A stretch of DNA of 64,000 nucleotides, taken from Mytilus trossulus (lineage: Eukaryota). The translations under genes and the position numbers were made by a program. The stretch lies in NCBI RefSeq assembly GCF_036588685.1, contig NC_086374.1, positions 25,668,001-25,732,000 on the forward strand, read 5' to 3'. Below the pieces are notes generated by a model. The model did no database searches and was not told the origin of the DNA. It saw only the letters and a program-made list of their open reading frames with translations. Of this stretch, positions 1 through 12,275 are shown in pieces (the stretch's first letter is position 1; each line of letters begins with the position of its first letter).

Positions 1-228
1 AAAAATATATCAGTTTTAGAGGGAATAGCAGGTGTGACTATGTACGATAAAGTTACATTAAAACATTTAGCGATACTCTCAAAATAAAAGGACAGTTTCG
101 TATTTCTGAATTTTTCTCTACTGATAAGAATGTGATTGTCTCGACAGGTGTAATTGTATCTTGAACAAGAAAGGGTTTTGGATAAACCGGTTTAAAGAAA
201 GTATAGTTTAAATGCAGACAACTTTTAC

Positions 229-3200
229 CTCTAGATTTTGAATCCATTCGATAATGAAATCCCTCATTATAATCCTGAAATTGTCTTACAAATAGTTCTA
301 TCTCCGTTCTAGAGTAGTTTCCAGTTTCCAGATTTTGTACTTTTTGAAGCAACTGTGATAAAAATTCTACCAGCGCACTGTAATTCCGATCACCTCTCAT
401 TTCCTCTATTTCGTCTAACAGGACCTGCAGTTCAGGTAGAGGTATTGTTGTTACTCCTGCAGGGTATTCAACTATCTGAGGACGTACTGGATTATTCCGT
501 CTTTCAAGTTGTTTCTTTTTCTTTTTATCCTTGTCTATAACAATCCAAGATTGAAACTAAATGTGTTAGTAAGATACGAATACCTCATCTCTACTACTCC
601 TTTTAACCTTTTTAAACCAAAAATAAAACCTTTTTTTAAAGATATACCAATAACATTCTCCACAACTAAACCAGACTTTGGTCTATAAGATATTGACATT
701 TATATTTTTATACTTTCTTACACATACATTGCTTTAAGGCTTAACAAAATAATTCAAAATCAAAAACTGTCAAGATAACCTCATTATGAGCTCTGTTCAT
801 TAATAATGATATGAACAAATACAAATATCCTAAGCAAGTTTCGTTATTTCGTTATATATTTGGTTCAGAGTATTTAATTGTGTCGTACGCATCAAAACCA
901 CATTTTTTATTTTCCAAGCTACATCATTGTCTCTTCTTCTCAGTCAATATACCATATTATCTTTATTTGATATTCATAGCAAAACAATGAATAAATAACT
1001 GACATACATTACCTCCTGGTCCTCTAACCATTTTTCCAGTATTTTGAGGTTTCCCCGTATTCCCTGCAATTTGACTGGACCTTCCTGTATTACTAGCAGT
1101 TTTGTCAGATTTCCCGGCAGGCGTTACATTTTGACTTGACTTTTTTGTATTTTGAGCAGATTTACCAGCATCAACATTAGTTTGATTACTCCTTCCGGTG
1201 TTTCCATTATTCTGAATAGATTTTCCGGTATTTGCAGGTTTTAGTGGATTCATTCCTTTCTTTAAATCATTTTGTTGTTTACCAGGTTTTTGTCCACTTT
1301 CTATGGATGTTTTCACAATATCAGCCGGGTTTCCTTTCATTTGACCATTGGGTTTATTTGGCTTATTGGCTGGTTTCGGCGTATTGGTTTGAGTTTTCTG
1401 TAAATTGTTTGCTTGATTTCCTAGTTTCTGCTGTCTGAGTTGATTTTTTTGTGAATTATTTTGCTGGTTTTCAGCATTTTGAGCTACTTTTGGGAAAGTA
1501 TTCGACTGCTTTGGTAGATTCTGCATATTTTGTTGCACTCTACTTTGTTGATTGACTGATTTCTGTGTATTTGGTTGTGATGTCATTTTATTGCTGACCA
1601 GATTTCCGGCCTTGTCTTGGTTTTGCTGACCTTTGTTTACAGTGCTTTGCTGTTTCAATGGTGGAAGACCTTTTTGGTAGGAAGTTTGAGAATTGTTTGG
1701 TCGATTTTGTTGTTGTTGTGATTTTTGCATGTTGGCAGGGAGCATACCACTTTTCTGTCTTTGTGCTGGAATCGACTCTGTTTTTGTAGTTGATTTTTGT
1801 CCTGTCTGATTTTTTGAAACTTGTCCATCCGGTTGTGGTCTATTCAATCTTTGCTGTTGAGATTTTTTGTCAAGATCCTGACGCTCTTTTAAATTATTCA
1901 ACTGTGCAGCCGGCATCGATTTTACGAGGTTATTTGTTGTTGTATCCATTTGTTTGTTCTTAGAAGAAATGATCTGAGACTTCGACAAATCAATTTTTAT
2001 TTTTGATGTCTGTCCAGGCGGAACAACATTTTGAAGTCCTTGTATACTCTTCAGCTGGCCAGTCGGCATAGATTTTGCTACATTATTAATTGCTTTGCCG
2101 TTCCTTCCGTCGGTTTTAGAAGGAATTACTTGAAACTTTGACATTGTGTTTGGCATTTTCGACATCTGTCCAATATTTTGTTTTTGTCCAGGTTTCTTTT
2201 TTTCATCACCTGTTCCATGATTGTTATTTTGCATACTTCCCAACTTCCCAAGTTTTTGAACAGATTTGGAAGGTTCATTTTTACTTATTCTTTGTTGTGA
2301 CTTCGATAACTGAGGTTCATTTTTACTTATTCTTTGTTGTGACTTCGATAACTGAGGTTCATTTTTACTTATTCTTTGTTGTGACTTCGATAACTGAGGT
2401 TCATTTTTACTTGGCGAAGGCTTTATCTAATAAATAAAAAATAATTATAAAACACACTACAAGCAACAGTGTATACGCATCTTAATATTTGTAACAAGAT
2501 TGGACTTGACACCAATAATCAGTTGAAACTAAATATTCGTGCATATTCTTTTCTTGGTTCAGTTGAACTTTAATCTTGGTTTGAAAATATATACCAATAT
2601 TGAGTCCTATTTCTGAATTTACATTTATTGTAATGACCTTAGAAATCGCAAATATTCAAAATACATTTTCTTTGTCTTGTCTTTATATGAAAAATCTAAG
2701 ACACAGTTTAGTAGATTTAAGCTGACATAAACAAAGTCTTTCGCAATTTCAAACTTTTATTTTTTATATATTTTCTTTCAAATATGGCCATTTTGTAACA
2801 TGCCAGTAATGGTGGCTTTACAAAACTTTCTGAATGCTTCTGATCTATTTTTTTTTTTTTTTTTTAATAATAGTCCTTTATTAGTTTGAATCTTTACAAA
2901 TACGGTTTTGATACAACCATCCTAACTTTTCCTATATTACACTATTGTGACGTTTAAATTATCAAGATTTGTTCTTATAAAATTGTGCTGGTCATCTAAA
3001 ACTAAGTATAATTTTTAAATATATATGTACATTCGTTGCTCTACAATCTGTCGATACCTGCATCTTGGCATTGCACAAGATCATGTTTCTCTGACTGTTC
3101 TGTTAATGACGTCTCTAAGACTAGGTGTTTTAAAATGAGATTGCAAATTATCCATGCAAAATTGACATTGTAGTTTTTTTCCACCTGTTAAGGAACTTTT

Positions 3201-3634
3201 GGATTTGTGCTCTTTGATATTATATGTATTTTGTCTGCCAAACTATATGTCTCCAGCGTACCCGAAGATTTTTTTTTATACCACTAATATCGGTCTACTA
3301 CGAGTTTATCACACTTGAGCGGACTAGGACGGATATATATCATGAGCATTGTTTTTTTTCAAATGCACATTTTGATATTCCTATAATCACAAGGTTGTAA
3401 GGAGAAAAATGACTGTAGCTAAGGCGTGAATGTTGTTAGTTTTTCATTACATGTTTTACACATGTACGTCCACCTCATATTTCTCATATTTTCACAATAA
3501 TCAGACATAAAATGTTCATATACTTATCCTTAAATGTCTAGGCCCCCTCCAATGAATGATTGATACTCAATAGTAAATCCAATTACATATCTTACCATTG
3601 TTGTATTTTTTTGTATATTATTCTTTGATGCCAT
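229..3634 (-). CDS. Caspase-like gene A (3'-partial; runs off the left edge): long Q/N/K-rich low-complexity N-terminus plus the conserved pre-caspase domain
   Basis: Predicted exons (minus): 3634-3596 (MASKNNIQKNTTM, gtaag donor, phase 0), 2426-1013 (ttag acceptor; contains ORF 963..2243; phase 1) and 534-229 (..VRQFQDYNEGFHYRMDSKSRG|gt). All junction phases match. The last exon is paralogous to exons of genes B and C and ends in the caspase-entry motif Y-x-M-x-x-K-x-R-G. Catalytic exons are not in the window. Confidence 0.75.
2271..2412. repeat. Perfect 42-bp coding tandem repeat (3.4 copies) in gene A
   Basis: Unit aggttcatttttacttattctttgttgtgacttcgataactg starts at 2271, 2313, 2355 and partially at 2397. 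The minus strand encodes SKNEPQLSKSQQRI repeats in frame with gene A. Confidence 0.95.
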
Positions 3635-6600
3635 TTCTTCATTCTATATCATTCTAAAGACCAAGGCTACAAAATAGAAAAACCTACATTGGTCTATTTA
3701 GCGTCAACCTAACGAGAAATTGTCGACTCTTCCAACAAGATTATGACGAAATGAAATCGACACTGCACAACATTAATGGTTACCATCATGAATTGGTTGA
3801 CTGATGCGATCACTATGTGTGTGTCTCTACTCACGACAAACACGATTTCGCAGTCTTAATTCTTCAGATACAAGTCGCCTGAACCTTAATATTCATTAAA
3901 ATATAAACATCACGTTTATTTTATTGTTTTGCAGTTAACACTTGTACAAATGAGTTGGTGTGATGGAGCCCGAATATGGCTCTTATTTTAACTTACATTT
4001 CCAAATTAGATTTGATTATCAATATCTCAATGTTTCAAAATAGAAACAATAACTAGATTGGAAGTATGTCCTTAATTTCAATTTGCGTATCATCTATCAA
4101 GTATTTTAAGGCGTCGAAAAATTATAATTTTCAACCAAATTCAGTTATAACAAGTCTTCTGTGTCACTATGTCTCTAGTGGAGAGTTTTCTCATTGCCAA
4201 ACATATACGTTTTTCTTATTTTTCTATTTGGATTTAATCCTGGAAATCATATTCGTCGATTAAAAAAATAGCTTGTTGAAAAACATCAAATCTGACTTGA
4301 ATGATAAGTTTATCGGACATTGCTCTCTATATTTTCTAAGTTGAAATCATGAAGGTTGTGTCGACTTTTGACAATTTCTTTATTTTCAGCCTATTTTCGG
4401 TGTTAATGTCGACCTTTATAAGAAAAATCCCAAATTCACTTTTTCACATGAAACAATTTTCATCTTGAAATATTGAATTTAAAATTGGGAGCAAGATATG
4501 GCCCTGATCCGTATTCTGTGCATTGATCACGATCCTGACTTAGATATAATATTTAAGACGTTTTTGTATCATATATACTCTGATGAAGAATGTTGTCATT
4601 GATAGTAGTGTATGGAATTGTAAGCTGGGAATGTAAAAGCGACAACCCGACCAAAGAGCAGAAAACAGCCCAATGCCACTAATGGATCTTCAACACAGCT
4701 AGAAAATCCCACACGCTCCTTGAAGAAAATATGAACGTACTTGTTCATCGAAAAAAATGATGTCACACTAAAAACATATATAAATGAACCAAATTTAACA
4801 AAACATACTCGACTAACAATGGCCAGAGGTTCATGACTAGGGACAGGCGCAAAAATGCCGCGGGATTAAACATGTTTAGTGAGAACTCAACCTTCCCTAT
4901 ACCCCTAGCCAATGTATATAAACACACAACAATACGAGCACTACTTTATGCCACCATATGGCTTCAACAATGAGCAAAACCCATCCCTCCCTCAAATCTG
5001 TGACAATTGAAAACAGGAAACCAAAACTGTCTAATGGCTGCTAAAGACAATACACGAAACACAAATATGGTAGACGAATTACGTGCCCCTTACTTGACAC
5101 ACATGCATTTGGCGGGGTTGAAATTGTTTGTGATCGTTCAATCCTCCCCAAAAAAACGTGGCGCAATGATGTAGTAGTGCAACATAAGAATAAGCTGGAA
5201 AGGTCTCGACTCATGAGATAGACACGAAGCTAACTTTCAGAAATATTATTGTTAAAGAAAAAGGAAGAAATCAACTTACATGAAATTCATTCAGTATTCA
5301 TAAATATCTAACACTCCATGTGCGTAAAACCAAACACATATTTCAATTATCAAATTTCATGACTATTTGACTACTTTAAAATCGATTAAGCATGAAAACT
5401 GTTTAAGAGATAAGCTAATTACTTTTATTTTTGACTAATTACCATGAATGCAAACAAATACACATTCTCTATGTGTGAAATGATCCGAAAATCTGTTTGT
5501 ATTACTCTAATACTTCGACTGTCTTTTACCATTAACATTTGGACTTATTATTATTGATAAGTAAATGTTTTATAAAAATATGAATATGAATATGAGATTC
5601 AATTGACAATGAATCGCTAACTATCTACCCGATACACAATGACGTAGATGTAAGCACCCATACATCACTGACGGCCTTCAACAATGAGCACAGACGGTAA
5701 CCTAATAAAGGCAGTGTCATGACATAATTTGTAACAATACAAACGAGAAAACCAACGACCTGGTTTATACGTGAATCAATGAACGATATAAGTTAAGGTA
5801 AACAAATAGAGTTATCCCTCCATGTACTGGCTCTGCCCCTCATGTATGTTTTTCAAGCCTATTGTGAATCTATGACGTGAATCAGATGTGGATACTCAAA
5901 GTTCTGAAGATCTGTAAAAGTACATACAATTCGTTCAACTTACAAAATGTTTGACTTTTCTACACTTAACACAAGTATTCCTCATTATAAACAATAAGAC
6001 AAATTGAAAGAGTTCTCCTGCTTCGTTTCAATTAAAAGAATTTCCAACGTAGATACATGTTTATTGTCTTAGAGAGGGTTAAATAGTAAAAAAATCTCTA
6101 ATTAAAAAACAAAATTTTCTGAAACTGAAATTCGAACGATGCTTGATTTCTTGATTGACAACTGATATTTTACACGTTTGTAGGAGTTTTTTTTCAACAA
6201 TCAATCGGCATTCCCATATGAACCAACTGTGCTCTTCTTCTGTTATAAATTAGGCTGTAAGTTTTCTCACATGAATTATTTGATATTTTTCATCTTTAGA
6301 TGATCTGATATCAGTGCACTCCTATAAGCTAATAAAGGCACATTCTGTGTCACAAATAACAGTAAATATATTTCCCTAGCACATCACAGCCTTTCAATCT
6401 TAACTCATCACTTTCCTTTATCATTGGTATCAAACTTGTAATACAATAGATGGTTCTATAGCATCTACATATGGAGAAGTACATAAATACAGAATCTCAA
6501 ATAGTAAACATTAAAATAGAATGTATCCCGATAGACTCCCTTTTCAGTAGGCGACATACTTCGTTTCAGACACGCAGTTTTGTACGTTTAACTTCCATTT

Positions 6601-9600
6601 TTTCTTCATTCTCTGGTTTCAATTTGATGTCTTGGCTACTAGAACGTCAATTATCTTGCCGTGATTTCTTTTGTACATTTTACATATTCACCATAGTTTC
6701 GTAACTTTTGCAACCTCCTTATGAAAACGTTGATCATTATGTATTACAATTAGATGCCCAGACTCTATGCTCTGAATTTTCCTAATGGAAGTATACTTAG
6801 AAATTATATTGGTAGAAATCGACTACTTGATTTATCGATTCAGTGCTGGTTTTTTTTCGGCGTTTTGTTTAAGATATTTCATACAAAATAAGAACGACAA
6901 AATAAATTATAAACATTGAAATGTTAAGACATTTGGCAAAATACGCGGATAGTTTGCTGTAAATGCAGGTATAATTGAGAAGGCTCATACAAACGTAGTG
7001 CAATTGTCCAGAATATGAGAAAATCATATGCTGAAAGTTAAAAAGTTCTCAGGTGACCCAATTGAGTTTATAAAGTTTGTGCGACAATTTACAGATACAT
7101 GCCACAAAGCAATTATACAGAAGACGACTTGTTGTGTTGAACTCTCTATAACAGTTTAAATATGGAGAGGCACATTAAACAGTGTCAGAGTAATGTAAAG
7201 TGAAGTCAGTTCTATAAGTGATTTAAGGGATAAATATGCTTATCGAGAGCAGCAATGGTAATAATTTGACGAAAGTTATGGCAACAGTGAAATGTCTTTA
7301 TTATGAACGTACTTTATTGGCCGATACTGAAACCAAGTGATTCAAAAAGGTTGGACATGTTTCCACTTTTCTCAATAGAGTGTGAAAATACTGCACATAA
7401 TATCGGCGTTTTGCGTACCTTCGTCTACTTGGAAAAAATAAAAAGACTCATGTGTAAAATACCGATTCATTTACATGGGAGGTTGAGAAATGTTATTCAT
7501 AGAAACAAATAAAGGCAACATTTGTATACCGCTGTTCAAAAATCATAAATCAATTGAGAGGAAACAAATCCGGGTTCCAAACTAAAGCCGAGAGAAACAC
7601 AAACAAAGAGACAGTTAAAACATTGAAATATCGTTAATTTTGCCAAAGATGATGCCAAGAAAGTAACGGACTTAATATATAGTACTTAGTAGTAGTACAT
7701 CAGTAGATACAAAATACAAAACTAAAATAAGACATTTACAATAAGTTACGGAAACGATATTGACCAACGTGTACGTAGATAATTTAAATCAGCTGTCAGA
7801 CGACAAAGTAGTATCGTTAGTAGATGGTGTTAGGTAGCTTTGCAACATATGTGGTTTAAATTTAACAAAGCACTATTTGAAATGCAGTAGAATCAATTCC
7901 AGAATATAATTCAAGTATAAATTAATTACACGTATTTTTTGTTTGTTTACTATACATGTGATAATACATGTGTGCGTGTTTAGGATAAACTATATGCTTG
8001 TTTGTCAGTTGAATGAGTTATGGCCGCAGTGCAGTATATTCATAGTTATAGAACATTGCAATGTTAATAACAGGAAATTTGAGTTCGCGCGAAAATATTT
8101 TATTGGCAAGTGTTTTTATATTTATATTTTATATTATACACTGCGGTCGTGCAGCACAATTCATTAAGAATTAATATTTTTTTAATTTGAGCTTATTATA
8201 GATGTTGAATACGACATGCTAGAGTTGTAGGATATAGAACAAGAGTGCGTATCAACGTGAAAGTGAATACTCAGAACCAATGTATTTGGCAGATGCTTTT
8301 GAAGTCTTCAAAACATATTGTGACGCTAAATTGTTCAATCTACAAGGTGATTTACAGGACAAACAATGATCTGTATCTAAGAATTTTGAGGCAGACGAAA
8401 CCATTACATTTAAAAATGAAAGTAATTGAATGCAATTCCGCTTCATTGTAGAAATCATAACTGAGACTAAGATATTTTCCTAAATCTGATCTAATTCTAC
8501 TCTGACTTCCAGTGCCGAACAATTGTACTAAATTTTAAAAGTAAAAACAAACTAATAAACGTTGCTTATAATTCTGCTCTGGGCTGGGCTACGATGAGAG
8601 AGTACGAGTTCAACGACATAGCTAACAACAAGGAGGATAAAGGGCTCTAGCTGCAATATAATATGAATATTATAACAAAAAAAAGTAGGTTGATATTTGT
8701 GTAATGTAACATGGTCCGCTTGTTGCTCTTTTCCCTCAGACTCTCAACAGACGAACTACGTCTGTGGGAGCTGATAGTGGGATCTTTACGTGTTGTGGGG
8801 GGTTCTAGCTGTGACAATGCCTAGGATGGTGCATGACATTGCTGCCGATGTAAAGGCAGGCCGGGATCGACAAACACCTAGAAAATAAAGAAACTCGCTA
8901 TTCATTTAATAAACAAAACATCAAAGTAATTACAATATAATTTCAAAGTACAATTTTAAAGTTAAAATAAATTGAAAACAATAATTAAATACTACAAACA
9001 ATTCTAATTAAATATCAAATAACCATGAACAATAATATTTACTGTTAAATTTGTTAAATTTAACCTTTGAATTAAAATATTAGTTTATTATAACCTTTAT
9101 CAATTTTTTTCCAAAATAAAATTAAAAGAAAATAATTTTAAATCTAAATCATTTTTAAAACCAAGAGACTCACCTAAAATATCAAGAAACTCGCTATTAA
9201 TTTAATTGCGGCTTGGTCAGTTTATATACTAATTTCTAACGTTCTGATAACCCTTAAGTATCTGCAGCAAACAGGATTACAGAAAATAAACAGGATAGAA
9301 AAAAAAACGAAAACAGGACAATGAAAGGATTTATAAGTTATTAACAAAAAATAGAATGCATAAATATAGTTATGGTCAATATGATTCAGAACTTTCGATA
9401 ACAAAATACTCAAAGGAACTGATCAGGCAAATAAAAAGATGATACAGTAAACATAAGAAAGTTCATATACACGTTACTTCACCTGTACATATTCAGGATG
9501 TCACTATCCTGTCACGATATAAGAGAAAACTTGATGACCTAGAAAAAAATAACAGCGTGTACGTACATTGCCAAAGGAGTATGTCCGGTTTATGATTTAG

Positions 9601-9737
9601 CCCATGAACGATTTCTTTTTAGATTTGTCACTGGTATAGAAAGATAATTAATCTCTGCGCGACTGATTTTTCCACTTCACATGATTTTTGTAATATGTTT
9701 TAAACTATGATTAAGCCACCTTATTATATCAGTCATT

Positions 9738-9754
9738 CATTCATTTTACTACAG
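9738..9754 (+). promoter_or_regulatory. Putative spliceosomal 3' acceptor in the 5' UTR of hldE
   Basis: Pyrimidine-rich cattcattttactacag ends at 9754, 60 nt upstream of the ATG. The ATG context aatATGG is Kozak-like and has no Shine-Dalgarno. The matching donor was not identified. Confidence 0.4.
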
Positions 9755-9814
9755 ATTTGAAAATTCAATGCAACGTACTATACACTTTTGTGAAATATTG
9801 ACAACACATTAAAT

Positions 9815-11230
9815 ATGGATATTCTACAATTATTAGATTGTTCTAAACGTGTTTTAGTCGTTGGAGACGTGATATTGGATAGATATATCTACGGGAAATG
9901 CGATCGTGTAGCTCCTGATATCGCTGTCCCAGTTTTAACTGCATTATCCAAAGACTTCGCACTTGGTGGAGCTGGTAATGCCGTTTGTAATTTAATAGAG
10001 ATGTGTTTGATTGTTGATTTTGTCACAATTATTGGTGAGAAAGATAAAGTCATAATCAATTTACTAAAGGATAAGGGCATAAGTGAAGATGGTATTTTAA
10101 GATGTCCTAATTACCGTGTTAAAGTGGTCTCAAGATACATTGCCAATCGTCATCAGTTTATTCGAGTGGACAAACATGTTGATAGTCAAGTAAAAGACGA
10201 AACTGAAAACAGACTTCGAGACATCATAAAGAACAAGATGGCTGCCATAAAGTACGATGCTATTGTTTTGTCTGACTATAGAAAGGGAGTTTTGTCTGAA
10301 GAGACAGCAAAAGGGATAATTTCTGAAGCCAACGTTCTACGAATTCCAACCATTGTTGATCCAAAAAAAGGAAACTATCAACGATTTCAAGGGGCAACGT
10401 ATATAAAACCAAACAAAGAAGATGTAAGCTACTTAATGGACATTAATGTTGTTACAAAGAGTAACATACCCATGATCTGCAAACAATTTTGTGAACGTTT
10501 CAATATAGAATATTGTATTTTAACACTAGCCGATGATGGAATAGCCTTCTACAAGAAAGATGAGAGCGATGGACTTCTCTTTGGGGTCATTCCAACACAT
10601 AACAATGTAGATGTAGTCGATGTATGCGGTGCTGGAGATACATGTGTAGCTGCTATTGTATTTGGAGTATGTCATCAATGGCCTCTAGACAAGACATGTA
10701 ACTTTGCAAACATGTGTGCAGCTAACGTTATAGACAAATGTGGAACAATACCTGTTAGAATGCTAGATATAATTCATAAAGTAGTGTACAGCCAAAAGGA
10801 ACTTGTAAACATAAGGCGTCTTATTCCAAAAAAATCCACTATTGTCTTAACTACAGGATGTTTTGATTTATTACATGATGGTCATATAAAATCTCTTCGT
10901 GAAGCAAAAGATCTCGGTGGTCTTTTATTTGTGGCCTTGAATTCCGATATATCCGTGAAGAAGAACAAAGGAGATAAAAGACCAATCATACCTCAAACAG
11001 ATCGCTTAACTATGCTTATGGCTACAAAGTATGTAGATTTTGTCATCATGTTTGATGAAGAAGTTCCGTATTGGATTATAGAAACTCTAGACCCAGATAT
11101 TTTTGTAAAGGGTCCTGATCGTACAGAGGCAGATCTACGAAAGCGTTTTCCAGGCATTAAAAAAATACACATTACAGACAGTAAAGGTATATCAACTTCC
11201 GGTATTATAGAGAAAATAAGAAAATTATGA
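9815..11230 (+). CDS. hldE: Bifunctional HldE (RfaE/GmhC): D-glycero-beta-D-manno-heptose-7-phosphate kinase / heptose-1-phosphate nucleotidyltransferase, single coding exon
   Basis: 471-aa intact ORF. N-terminal PfkB-type kinase motifs: VLVVGDVILDRY, GGAGN, LSDYRKG, IVDPK, KPN, VDVCGAGDT, AN..A..V..K.GT. C-terminal cytidylyltransferase-family motifs: TGCFDLLHDGH (HxGH), LNSD.SV...KG..RP, VDFV..FDE, PDIFVKG.D, GISTS.II.KI. Domain order and length match bacterial HldE. Confidence 0.95.
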   Translation: MDILQLLDCSKRVLVVGDVILDRYIYGKCDRVAPDIAVPVLTALSKDFALGGAGNAVCNLIEMCLIVDFVTIIGEKDKVIINLLKDKGISEDGILRCPNYRVKVVSRYIANRHQFIRVDKHVDSQVKDETENRLRDIIKNKMAAIKYDAIVLSDYRKGVLSEETAKGIISEANVLRIPTIVDPKKGNYQRFQGATYIKPNKEDVSYLMDINVVTKSNIPMICKQFCERFNIEYCILTLADDGIAFYKKDESDGLLFGVIPTHNNVDVVDVCGAGDTCVAAIVFGVCHQWPLDKTCNFANMCAANVIDKCGTIPVRMLDIIHKVVYSQKELVNIRRLIPKKSTIVLTTGCFDLLHDGHIKSLREAKDLGGLLFVALNSDISVKKNKGDKRPIIPQTDRLTMLMATKYVDFVIMFDEEVPYWIIETLDPDIFVKGPDRTEADLRKRFPGIKKIHITDSKGISTSGIIEKIRKL

Positions 11231-12137
11231 GCATTTGGTAACCACTTTCTGCAAAGATGTCATGCAAAGGTTTATGTAGGTAACTGTCAAAGTTCTTTTT
11301 GTCACGAAACCACATATACAGAAGTCTTGCTTGTGTTGACATTGGACTTTAACAAAACAAATACTAGTAAGCTTTATTGGTATGTTATAATGCAATATGT
11401 TATTAATTTGTATGAGAAATTAAAACAACATTTTATAAAAGTTTGAACTGTTTTTAGGAGTGATTTACTCTCACCAAGAACGTTAAATGCTGAATATTTA
11501 AAAGCCAATAATGTATAAGTACCGAAACAGATGAAAATCTGTATGAACAGAAAGCACATACAAATTATAACCAAATTAATATAAGGTCAACTTTGCCTGA
11601 GGGCATTGATCCTTCTTTTCATAATAATTCAAAGTTTATGAACGGACAATTTTAGAAAGGTTTTTTATAAGTCATGACAGTATATTATAAATCATGTTCG
11701 TAACGAAGTACAGTTGAACATGTGATCTCTATATGTCAAGATACTGGTGATAATAATCTTTGCGACTTATTGACCCAGTGTAATTTGTTCAGGGATAGTT
11801 AAATGTTCAATTGTATTTAAGAAAGGTAGAACGAAAACGGCAGATAGAAAAGTGGTACAACATTCGTCATTTTTAAATAATTAAGAATAAAAAACTTTTT
11901 TTGTGTGATGCAATCGTTGTCATATTTCCAGCATATCGGTATATAATGTAACAATTGCAGTCTTTGTATGAGTTCAATACAAATACTTTATTCTCAGTCT
12001 AAATACTTATTACAAGTCGATTAATGCTCGCATCAAAAGCCATAATTATAATATATATCTTGTTTGTTCGGGGGTTGATGAATTTGATTTTTGTTAGCTT
12101 GTTACTCGGGATTTTCTACATTTTCTTGAGATAATTA

Positions 12138-12275
12138 GTTACACAGTTTTCAATTGTCATAATACGAGAATTTATTAGGTCAATAAAATCAATATCGGGT
12201 GAGGCGAAGCCAAACCCGATATCAATTTTATTGCCCCGATAAATTCCTTATTAGGACAATTGAAAACTCAGTAAC
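12138..12275. repeat. Long imperfect palindrome (~63-bp arms) with a GCGAAGC mini-hairpin loop
   Basis: Arms gttacacagttttcaattgtc...atatcgggt and acccgatat...gacaattgaaaactcagtaac; loop gaggcgaagccaa. Confidence 0.85.

Noticed and set aside
2271-2412. CRISPR-like array
   Set aside because: The repeats are head-to-tail with no unique spacers, lie in frame within a eukaryotic exon, and no cas genes are present.
2138-2437. Plus-strand 99-aa hydrophobic repeat ORF
   Set aside because: Antisense shadow of the 42-bp coding repeat in gene A.
2848-2885. Second poly(A) retro-insertion
   Set aside because: A T-run with a nearby tttatt is present, but no target-site duplication was found.
9815-11230. 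hldE as simple bacterial contamination
   Set aside because: No adjacent bacterial genes or RBS, host-like composition, and host repeats on both sides. Disfavoured, but not excluded without read data.
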